Positions 17,335 to 25,686 of a stretch of DNA of 64,000 nucleotides are shown here, piece after piece. Made by a program: the position numbers and the translations under genes. The notes under the pieces were generated by a model that was not told the origin of the DNA, did no database searches, and worked only from the letters and a program-made list of their open reading frames with translations. The DNA lies in assembly GCA_964505385.1 (NCBI GenBank), contig CAZDIA010000008.1, positions 18,658-82,657 on the forward strand, in the 5' to 3' direction. The stretch comes from an uncultured Chitinophagales bacterium (lineage in GTDB: Bacteria > Bacteroidota > Rhodothermia > Balneolales > Natronogracilivirgulaceae). Positions within the stretch are counted from its first letter, which is position 1. Every line of letters begins with the position of its first letter.

Positions 17335-18708
17335 TTATTTAACCAGCGTCATTTGATTGCTAATTATCTCACCGTCAGCTTGCAACCGGTAGATATATAC
17401 ACCAGAGGCCAGATTAGAGCCGTCAAAGCTGACTTGATGCATACCGGCCTCCACCTGACCGTCGACCAGCGTTTTAACCCGCTGGCCAAGGGTGTTGTAC
17501 ACCGAGAGTACAACCTCTGTATCTGCCGGAAGTTCGTAACCAATCGTTGTAACAGGGTTGAACGGGTTCGGATAGTTCTGGCTCAATGCTATCTCATTAG
17601 GCAGTTCTGAATCATACTCATAATCACTACTGGTTACGTTTTCCGGGAAGGCGGTGTTGCCATCCGGATAAGCTGCCATAAGCTCAACGCCCATTACATC
17701 TTCGTCATCGATTCCTGCATAATAACCGTTTGCAAGCAATACGCCTGCTTCACCGCCATCATCTTCAGCGTTGTAGATGAAAACACCAAGAGGATCAGTG
17801 TCATCGGGATCGGAGCCTGTAATGTAGAGTTCGAGAGTGTGAAGATCGGCTGGAACATTGATGTATCCCTGCGCATCTCCAAACTCGAAATCCTGAGCAA
17901 GGGGCTCTTCATCGCCTTTTATCCAAAGATCCACGGCAATAGGAGTATCCGGGACGGCGTGATACAGCAGAAGCGCAACTTCATCTTCTACTCCACTGGT
18001 TTTCTGAGCTTCATGGAAATCGATATCGAACGAAGTAGGTTCACCCTCTTCATCAAATTCACCACGTGCAATGGCAACGTATTCGTCCTGAGCTTCAAAG
18101 GTGAACTCGGTGGAGAGCAGTACTTCCTCCTCTCCTGCAGAAGTTATCGAAATTGAAATCTCTTCACCGTGAGGCACCTCTTCGAAACCGGTTATATCCT
18201 GAAATTCAATCCCGGCGAAATCAGGTTCTTCTTCGGCGGGATCAGCATTGATATACACATCCACGGATGAAGCAAACTCATTGGCAGATGCGTGAATCAG
18301 CTGAAGTTCGGCTATCTCGACCAACTCCGGCTCTTCATCGTGCCACTGCTCACCGTCAAACCAGCCGTCACTGTTTCGCTCAAGGTCGTCGGTTTGCTGT
18401 GCATCCTCGGGATCACCATCGTTGAAAATCACCCTGTTCACCCACTCCGGCAGTTCATAACTCCACCAGACATCACCCTCTTCGGGCTCCTGCATGGGTA
18501 CTCCGGGCCAATCATCAAACAGATTATCGCCTTCATCTTCCCAGGCCCAGATATAGACTTCGTCCCAGTTATGAGGATTTTTGTAATGGACTGTGAAGGT
18601 TTCGTCTTCCTCCTGTACACTTTGAGCATTGAGCACTCCGGCAAAAAGAAATGGAATCACTAATGCTGCGGCAGAAACTATTTTAAAAACTGTATTCATC
18701 TTTATCAT
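17335..18708 (-). CDS. T9SS cargo: CBM25/26-like module + DUF4397-like repeats + type-A C-terminal sorting domain
   Basis: Signal peptide present. FTVHYKNPHNWDEVYIWAWEDEGDNLFDDWPGVPMQ...VIFNDGDPEDAQQTDDL resembles starch-binding CBM25/26 modules. LQLIHASANEFASSVDVYIN is DUF4397-like. The C-terminus NYPNPFNPVTTIGYELPADTEVVLSVYNTLGQRV...ASGVYIYRL...MTLVK is TIGR04183-type. Confidence 0.85.
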   Translation of the reverse strand: MIKMNTVFKIVSAAALVIPFLFAGVLNAQSVQEEDETFTVHYKNPHNWDEVYIWAWEDEGDNLFDDWPGVPMQEPEEGDVWWSYELPEWVNRVIFNDGDPEDAQQTDDLERNSDGWFDGEQWHDEEPELVEIAELQLIHASANEFASSVDVYINADPAEEEPDFAGIEFQDITGFEEVPHGEEISISITSAGEEEVLLSTEFTFEAQDEYVAIARGEFDEEGEPTSFDIDFHEAQKTSGVEDEVALLLYHAVPDTPIAVDLWIKGDEEPLAQDFEFGDAQGYINVPADLHTLELYITGSDPDDTDPLGVFIYNAEDDGGEAGVLLANGYYAGIDDEDVMGVELMAAYPDGNTAFPENVTSSDYEYDSELPNEIALSQNYPNPFNPVTTIGYELPADTEVVLSVYNTLGQRVKTLVDGQVEAGMHQVSFDGSNLASGVYIYRLQADGEIISNQMTLVK

Positions 18709-19164
18709 TCTATTCCTGGTTTATTTGAATATACAAAAGTATTTTCTTGTTTCTGTTCAAATTATTTATATAGTTAAATTTAATATTATACTGTATGGCA
18801 TTCCAGTTAAAAAATCAATCAAATAATTTCTTTGTTATTTTAAATTCAGCTCACTTCTGATTCCATTTCGCAATGAACACCCTTGTTTTTTCCTGACGCC
18901 TCCTATTTCGAAGTACTTTCTGAACTTTCTTTAACTTTTTATAACCTCCTGACATGACCCTTATTTAATGCTTGTAGTTGCTATAGTTTTTATTGTTTTT
19001 AAACCTGCTTATCGTTTGATGGTTGACGTTTTGATCAAGGGCAACATCTAAAAACAAGCATCAAACAAACTATTATCTTCAATTTGAAGTATATACAGTA
19101 GCTGCATCAAGTTTTATACGAAGTTAAGTACTCCCTTCAGCTATCTTTTCTCCCTTTAGGACCT

Positions 19165-19200
19165 AAAAAAGGGCACCGCTGTTGGGCGATGCCCTTTTTT
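19165..19200 (-). terminator. Rho-independent terminator of the 19227-23126 gene
   Basis: AAAAAAGGGCACCGC ... GCGATGCCCTTTTTT hairpin flanked by A- and T-runs. Confidence 0.7.
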
Positions 19201-19226
19201 ACATTTTACGCTATTTCAGGTTTAGA

Positions 19227-22200
19227 TTATTTAACCAGTGTCATCTGGTTGCTAATAACCTTGCTATCGGTTTGCAGACGATAGATATACACACCCGACG
19301 CCAGATTCGAGCCATCGAAACTGACTTCGTGCGTGCCGGCTTCCACGCGACCGTCTATCAGTGTTTCTACCTGCTGACCAAGGGTGTTATACACCGTGAG
19401 TTCAACATGAGTATCCGCAGGCAACTGGTATTGGATCGTTGTCACCGGGTTGAACGGATTCGGATAGTTTTGTTCAAGTCCGACTTCCTGTGGCAAATCA
19501 GTCATTATATCTTCAGCACTGACCGTTTGATCATCCTGGTTACCAAATGTATCATTTATTTCCATGTCTTCGGTAACCGAAATTTCCCGGTTAGGATCGC
19601 CTTCCCATTCGCCAAGGTCCCAAGTGGGGTCGTCTTCTACAAGGAAATACTTGTATTCGTGATCCCCTTCTTCAACCTCAAGTGTAAGAGCATAGATGTC
19701 ATCTTCGTCTTCAATAGGCTCAAACATGAAGTCCGGATTTTCGCCGGGTTCTGTCCATTCATCAGCAAAAGAACCGGAAACATAAACATCATGCACTTCC
19801 GGGTCATAGACTTCATCAGCTATAGCCTCACTCATATCCAAGTTAAATGTAACTTGAGGCAGAGGATCTGGTATCTCCATTGGCTCTTTTTCAAAGTCTA
19901 TACGGGCAGTTCCGTTATTTAATTCGATTATAAAGAAGTCATAACTGTCTGCTTCTTCATCGTAATAATAATCGACTGCTCCAGAGGCATTTGCGTTTTC
20001 AACATCGCCGAGTGACGCAGTAGGTTCAAAAAGCTTTGTATCTGCTAAATTACCTTCCGGTACTTCTGCATATTGAATCCGCGCCTGATCATCGGTATTG
20101 AAATTCGGAATCAAAGTAATGAAGGAGAAACTACCATCTTCTTCTTCATTCACTACTTTAATATTGTTGGAAAACTCCGGCATCATATATTCCGGAACAC
20201 TTCCGGCTACCGAACCATCCGAATTTACAAGTGCAGGCGTCATGCCATTGGCATTGAAGAGCCACTGATCTTCTCCAACCGGATAAGCATTCGGGTTCAT
20301 GCCCACTTCGCCCTCGAGATCTTCCTCTTCCACCTCAATGATTTCAGGGTTCTCGCCATCAAACTCTCCATTGTCCATGGAAAATACATAGATATATGGA
20401 GCCTGACCGGCCGCAGCTATAACCTGTGCTGTTCCATCTTCATAGCTTCCTACAACATTGATTTGATCGCCAACACGATGCTCGTTGTCGCTCTCAAACG
20501 AAATGATATTTTCGGGATCAGCATCAATACCGTCCCAAAGATGCACATGGAAAGGACCTCCGCCCCATGCATCAGGGTCTGCTGTATTGAGCGTCAACCC
20601 GGCCGCGATAATTTTTCCGTCTTCAGTAAAGTCGGCAACGTTTATATCAAATATGCTTTCCTCAAGCCCTTCTACTGAAAGCTCCTGAATAAATGAACCG
20701 TCGTAAGCATCGTGAAGCCGTGCATGATCCCGATTTGCATAAACCATTCTCTGATGTCCCTCAACAATACCAAAACCGCCACCTCGTGGATAGGTATCTT
20801 CTTCAAACCAGTCGGGAAGATTCCCCTCGGCATCTGAAAACTCCCAGTATTCCACAACCGGATCCGGCTCGATGTATTCTTCCACATTTTCCAGGGCAAA
20901 TTCATCCAGATACCAGGTATGATCTTCACCACCTTCAGGTGGATTGTCCGTATCCAGATCAAAAATGACCGTCACCTGATCCCAGTTGATTTCCTGATCC
21001 GCATCACTGAGATCCCATTCCAGTTCGATCCATTCGCCGGATTCGGTGATTTCAGCAATTATATCAGGAGTTTCTTCATCGCCAACCTGTTGTTCCAATT
21101 TCATTATACCTTCAATATCAGATCGGGGAGACCAAACTTGCATTCGAAAAACAGATTCATCGGTAAGATTAATCTGATCTTCCAAATGATAAAAGAAACC
21201 GGCCCAGGCTTGACCATCATCAACTTTTTCGTACTCCAGCACATAATCGGTTTCATTTACTCCTGTTTGATCAGGATTGGTTATGCGTGCCAGTTCAGCT
21301 CCATCAAATGGGAAGAAGGTTGGATCATGCCAATCAACCTCATCGGTATCCATATTGAATGCAAGTGGAAAGTCCTGCAGCAAGGTAGCATCATCCTCCG
21401 GAGGGGCTACGATGTCAATGCGTTCCTCGAGCTCAATATCAATGAAATCTTCAGATGAACGGGCGGTAACCTGTGGATTCTCTTGAAATATTGTTACAAT
21501 ACCACGCAGATTAAACGGCTCCTGTGGAATATTCTTTCCGAAGTAATCGAGGTCATCGGCCAGAGAGTGTGTTGTAAAGGTAGCCGGATCTTCATCACTG
21601 ATCGTCGGGTCGATGATATCATAGTTTTCATTGTTTTCGAAAACACCTTCATCGAGAAACTCGGTTTCCTCAATCTCCACCAGCATAGACTGATGCTCAT
21701 CTGCGGAAAAGTCCTCAAGGGCGATTTCAAATACTGGAAGCTCATTATCAGTGGAGCTTACGCCCGGGTTTTCCTGAGGCACGATCTGGCGGGTGTCAAA
21801 ATGCATTGAAAATTCAAATTCCAGATCTGTAATTCCATCTCCGATTTCAAAATCATCTCCGAGCACTTCTTCATTATTATCGACCAAAATCGCACCTGTT
21901 TCATCGGCAATGTAGTGCTGATTTCGGGTATCCCGGTCAATATAGGTTACGATCGCTTCGCCGGTTAGTGTGGCAACATCACCTTCTTCGGCTTCATCGA
22001 TGATCTCGGCTATGGTCTCGTATTCTGTTACTTCAGGTGGCTCTTCATCGGTTAACTCAGCATGATAAGAAGCTATTCCATTATTAGTAATCAGAAGTGA
22101 ACCTGTGAAGCTTCCATCATCATTAGCAACAAAAGATACACCACCGGTGCCATTAAGATTACCCTCTTCACCCAAGGCATCCATTTCGTGCACGATATAA

Positions 22201-23126
22201 GCATCGTCAGGATCGCCATCCGGAATTCCGAAAATCTTTGCTCCGTAACCAACGAATTCAGGCTGATCTTCTCCACCTTCAGCATAAGTGGTTATAGCAA
22301 GATAGTGGCTGCCATTTTCTTCTCCGAGATAATCAAGTTTTGTAGTCCTCTCAGAAATCAGATCAGTATCAATTTCACCAATATGGTCGCCATCTGTATT
22401 GAAAAGCTCAACCGGTGAACCAGAAGAAGTTACCGCAATATAGTCGGTACCGGGAATTCCAATTGCATTAGGATTTGTTGCTAATGAAAAATCCCCTTCT
22501 ATTTCAGTCGGCTCACTGTCAAAAGGCTCACCCTCGCCTTCTTGTTCAAACACAAATAATCTGAATGTCTCATCATCACTTATGGCATAAATTCTTGCTG
22601 TGCCGTCTTCGTAGCTTCCTGTCACATTGAAATAGCGAGCAAGAGATTTATCCTCGCCTTCTTCAATTTCATGTGTTAATACCTCTTGCGGGGCAGATTC
22701 CTGATCATCCCACAAATGTATTCTAAAAGGATGAAAATGATTTTCACCATAATTGGAAACCAGAAGCTTGCCATCATCAGTTACATTAGCATCACTGATT
22801 ACGAAAGTTCCTGATCCACCATATCCATCCATATCCAGCTCTCCAAGATCCTCTCCATCTTCGGGATCAAGCAAGTGGATACCAAAGTTATCTTCACTAA
22901 AGCCCTGGCCATATGCTTCAACCACAACTTCATCTGATCCGTTAACCCAGTATGCCGTACTTCGATCAACATTTTCCTGGAACCATTCGGGCAGATTATC
23001 ATTTGCTACTGATCTTTCCCATAGGGTCTCAACATTTTGGGCAGCAGCTTTATCAAACTGTAAGCCTGCAAACACGACAAGTAGCAGAGTAGAGGCTAAA
23101 AGTTTACTTAGTACCCTTTTCATCAT
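19227..23126 (-). CDS. giant (1299 aa) hyper-acidic multidomain T9SS cargo protein
   Basis: Signal peptide MMKRVLSKLLASTLLLVVFAGLQFDKAAAQ. It carries two copies of an unnamed propeller-like domain (aa ~30-360 and ~770-1110) and a central OB-like/beta-sandwich region. A CBM20/48-like module is also present (VTFNLDMS...VYVSGSFADEWTEPGENPDFMFEP...YKYFL). It ends in a type-A CTD. Confidence 0.9.
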   Translation of the reverse strand: MMKRVLSKLLASTLLLVVFAGLQFDKAAAQNVETLWERSVANDNLPEWFQENVDRSTAYWVNGSDEVVVEAYGQGFSEDNFGIHLLDPEDGEDLGELDMDGYGGSGTFVISDANVTDDGKLLVSNYGENHFHPFRIHLWDDQESAPQEVLTHEIEEGEDKSLARYFNVTGSYEDGTARIYAISDDETFRLFVFEQEGEGEPFDSEPTEIEGDFSLATNPNAIGIPGTDYIAVTSSGSPVELFNTDGDHIGEIDTDLISERTTKLDYLGEENGSHYLAITTYAEGGEDQPEFVGYGAKIFGIPDGDPDDAYIVHEMDALGEEGNLNGTGGVSFVANDDGSFTGSLLITNNGIASYHAELTDEEPPEVTEYETIAEIIDEAEEGDVATLTGEAIVTYIDRDTRNQHYIADETGAILVDNNEEVLGDDFEIGDGITDLEFEFSMHFDTRQIVPQENPGVSSTDNELPVFEIALEDFSADEHQSMLVEIEETEFLDEGVFENNENYDIIDPTISDEDPATFTTHSLADDLDYFGKNIPQEPFNLRGIVTIFQENPQVTARSSEDFIDIELEERIDIVAPPEDDATLLQDFPLAFNMDTDEVDWHDPTFFPFDGAELARITNPDQTGVNETDYVLEYEKVDDGQAWAGFFYHLEDQINLTDESVFRMQVWSPRSDIEGIMKLEQQVGDEETPDIIAEITESGEWIELEWDLSDADQEINWDQVTVIFDLDTDNPPEGGEDHTWYLDEFALENVEEYIEPDPVVEYWEFSDAEGNLPDWFEEDTYPRGGGFGIVEGHQRMVYANRDHARLHDAYDGSFIQELSVEGLEESIFDINVADFTEDGKIIAAGLTLNTADPDAWGGGPFHVHLWDGIDADPENIISFESDNEHRVGDQINVVGSYEDGTAQVIAAAGQAPYIYVFSMDNGEFDGENPEIIEVEEEDLEGEVGMNPNAYPVGEDQWLFNANGMTPALVNSDGSVAGSVPEYMMPEFSNNIKVVNEEEDGSFSFITLIPNFNTDDQARIQYAEVPEGNLADTKLFEPTASLGDVENANASGAVDYYYDEEADSYDFFIIELNNGTARIDFEKEPMEIPDPLPQVTFNLDMSEAIADEVYDPEVHDVYVSGSFADEWTEPGENPDFMFEPIEDEDDIYALTLEVEEGDHEYKYFLVEDDPTWDLGEWEGDPNREISVTEDMEINDTFGNQDDQTVSAEDIMTDLPQEVGLEQNYPNPFNPVTTIQYQLPADTHVELTVYNTLGQQVETLIDGRVEAGTHEVSFDGSNLASGVYIYRLQTDSKVISNQMTLVK

Positions 23127-23602
23127 ATTTTTATCTCCGTTTAGTGTTTAGTGTAATTTTCACTCCAACAGTTATAAGGTCTTAGCTAACATTATATTAA
23201 ATTTGCATCTCTTAACAAAGTATAACATGTATATTTTGATCAAAAAATCCGGTTCAGTAACCAGCATTCAAGAGGTGTTTAACTCCGTTGCTATAAAGTT
23301 TATGCGACGACTTAAGATGCTGATTGCAAGTAGATTAAGCAGTCATAGATTTTATATCCCAACAAACAGTTAGTTATTAAAACAAATCTATGTAAATATT
23401 GACACACGTCTTAGCAAATGACGAATAATATTAATTTTAATAAGGTTATAAAGTGGGGATGTAAAAAAATGGAATCATTTCCTGGTGAATAATTCGGGTT
23501 AGTGAGACTGATTAGAGCTACAGGAATTTTATTTTAGGCTCACTAACATGATTTAAAATTCTTCTATTAAACCTTAAAACTTTTACGCTGTTATAATTCC
23601 AA

Positions 23603-24514
23603 ATGAAAATCTCAGGCACCTTCCTCGACGAAATCACCCATGATATCCCGGCACAAAACTGGGGCCCTAAAGAGTGGGCAGCCGACTTCGACGCCATGAA
23701 GGCGGCAGGTATCGATACCGTGATTCTGATCAGAGCAGGTTACAAAAAACAGGCGACCTTTAATTCGAAAGTATTACAAAAAAAGGCCGCTGCCCGTCCG
23801 GTTCACCTCGATCTGGTGGATCTGTTTCTCTCCGAAGCCGAACGATGCGGTATGGATTTGCTTTTCGGCACCTACGATTCCGGCGAACATTGGATTGACG
23901 GAGACTACGAACGAGACCTGGCCATCAACAAAGATTTTTGCAGCGAGGTGATTGACCTTTACGGAGACCGAAAAGCTTTTAAAGGCTGGTATTTGTGCCA
24001 CGAGATTGATACCTATAACCCTAAAGTAATGCGGGTGTATGATGAGCTTTCATCCCACCTGAAAAACCTGAAAGACGGTCCGATTTTGATCTCCCCGTAC
24101 ATCAAAGGAGTTAAACAATTCGGTGATCAGGCCATCAGCCTGGAAGATCACGGCAAAGAGTGGGAAAAGGTATTCCGCGAGATTGAAGGTAAGGTAGATA
24201 TCGTGGCCTTTCAGGACGGTCAGGTTTCCATAGAAGAACTCAGTGATTATCTGTGGATAAACCATGAACTGGCTTCCCGGCACGGAATCCAAAGCTGGAG
24301 CAATGTAGAAAGTTTTGACCGGGATATGCCGTTCAAGTTCCCGCCGATCGGCTTTGAAAAACTGCTCTCCAAAATTGAAGCGGCAACTGAAGCCGGCGTC
24401 GATAAACTCATCACGTTTGAGTTTTCGCATTTTATGAGTCCGAATTCATCATACATCTCAGCCAGGCATCTGTATAATCGGTACATGGAATGGTCTCAAA
24501 ATAGTAGCAAATGA
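23603..24514 (+). CDS. DUF4434 family protein (glycoside-hydrolase-like TIM barrel), cytoplasmic
   Basis: MKISGTFLDEITHDIPAQNWGPKEWAADFDAMKAAGIDTVILIRAGY matches the DUF4434 N-terminal pattern. No signal peptide. An ATGA overlap joins it to the next gene. Confidence 0.75.
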   Translation: MKISGTFLDEITHDIPAQNWGPKEWAADFDAMKAAGIDTVILIRAGYKKQATFNSKVLQKKAAARPVHLDLVDLFLSEAERCGMDLLFGTYDSGEHWIDGDYERDLAINKDFCSEVIDLYGDRKAFKGWYLCHEIDTYNPKVMRVYDELSSHLKNLKDGPILISPYIKGVKQFGDQAISLEDHGKEWEKVFREIEGKVDIVAFQDGQVSIEELSDYLWINHELASRHGIQSWSNVESFDRDMPFKFPPIGFEKLLSKIEAATEAGVDKLITFEFSHFMSPNSSYISARHLYNRYMEWSQNSSK

Positions 24515-25686
24515 AGAATAATACCCTCAAACAGCACGCTGAAGAATACCGCCGTCAACTTCTGGATAGTGTCATACCCTTCTGGCAGAACCACTCTCCG
24601 GACCCTGTCCATGGCGGATATTACAACTGCTTACATCGCGATGGGACCGTTTACGACACCCAAAAACACATCTGGCTTCAGGGTAGGCAGGTCTGGATGT
24701 TCAGCAAACTCTACAACAGGGTCGAAGCGAAACCGGAATGGCTTGAATTGGCTCAGTCCGGGTTGGATTTCCTGAGAAAACATGCCGTTCGGCCGGATCG
24801 CAGAGTCTATTTTTGCCTGTCGGAAGATGGCCTCCCCGTTTACATGCAGAGAAAAATATTTTCCGAATGTTTCTATACCATGGCACTGGCGGAATACAGC
24901 CGTGCAACCGGAGAAATTAAGTATTTTGATGAATCTACAGAGCTGTTTCAGGAGATTGAAAAATGGTCAAATGATTTGACCCTGGTTGGTCGTCCCGCAT
25001 ATGAAGGAGCTACTCCTTTACAGCAGCTTGCCATCCCGATGATTCTGCTGAATCTGATTGAAGAAATCGACCCCGGCAATAATTTGGGTTACGACAAGAT
25101 CGTGCGGGAGCTTATTGATCGCATGTTGCTTCACGTTCACCCGGAAAAACAGTTGGTCTATGAGCACGTGCTTAGTGATGGCAGCCTGCATGACTCATCC
25201 GACGGCCGTCTGATCAATCCCGGCCACGCGATAGAAGCCGGATGGTTTTTGCAACACTGGGCTATCAAACTCGGTGATGAGCAACTCAAAAAAACCGCCA
25301 TCAACATGGTGCGATGGAGCCACGATTTCGGTTGGGATGAGGAACACGGCGGCCTCTATTATTTCCTGGATGCCGAAGCTTACTCGCCGACACCGCTGGA
25401 ATGGTTCATGAAGCTTTGGTGGCCGCATTGTGAAGCGCTATATGCCCATCTGCTGAATTACCAGCTTACCGGCAGCGACGAAGATTGGCAGCGCTACCTG
25501 CAAACATACCAATATACCTTCGATCATTTTCCGGATGAAACCTACGGCGAGTGGCTTGGTTATTTAGATCGGCAGGGCAACCCGACTCATCAGTTTAAAG
25601 GCGGCCCCTACAAAGGATGCTTCCACTTACCACGCACGATGTGGCTATGCTGGAAGAAAGCCGAAGAGATTGCCTCATCGAATTAA
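24511..25686 (+). CDS. AGE-family epimerase/isomerase (N-acylglucosamine 2-epimerase / cellobiose 2-epimerase / mannose isomerase family)
   Basis: 391 aa (alpha/alpha)6-barrel-type sequence: FWQNHSPDPVHGGYYNCL..., GHAIEAGWFL, EHGGLYYFLD, WWPHCEALYA. No signal peptide. Confidence 0.88.
   Translation: MKNNTLKQHAEEYRRQLLDSVIPFWQNHSPDPVHGGYYNCLHRDGTVYDTQKHIWLQGRQVWMFSKLYNRVEAKPEWLELAQSGLDFLRKHAVRPDRRVYFCLSEDGLPVYMQRKIFSECFYTMALAEYSRATGEIKYFDESTELFQEIEKWSNDLTLVGRPAYEGATPLQQLAIPMILLNLIEEIDPGNNLGYDKIVRELIDRMLLHVHPEKQLVYEHVLSDGSLHDSSDGRLINPGHAIEAGWFLQHWAIKLGDEQLKKTAINMVRWSHDFGWDEEHGGLYYFLDAEAYSPTPLEWFMKLWWPHCEALYAHLLNYQLTGSDEDWQRYLQTYQYTFDHFPDETYGEWLGYLDRQGNPTHQFKGGPYKGCFHLPRTMWLCWKKAEEIASSN

Noticed and set aside
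17332-17610. 92-aa plus-strand ORF resembling the N-terminus of the 19182-19922 ORF
   Set aside because: Both are antisense translations of the two near-identical T9SS CTD coding segments. The similarity simply mirrors the CTD duplication.
19182-21458. Long plus-strand ORFs (19182-19922, 20073-20678, 20919-21458 and others) opposite the 1299-aa gene
   Set aside because: They are antisense shadows of a GAA/GAT-rich (acidic) gene, whose complement codons TTC/ATC rarely create stops. Their products are low-complexity, Ile/Phe/Arg-rich and without motifs, while the minus-strand protein has a signal peptide, domains and a CTD.
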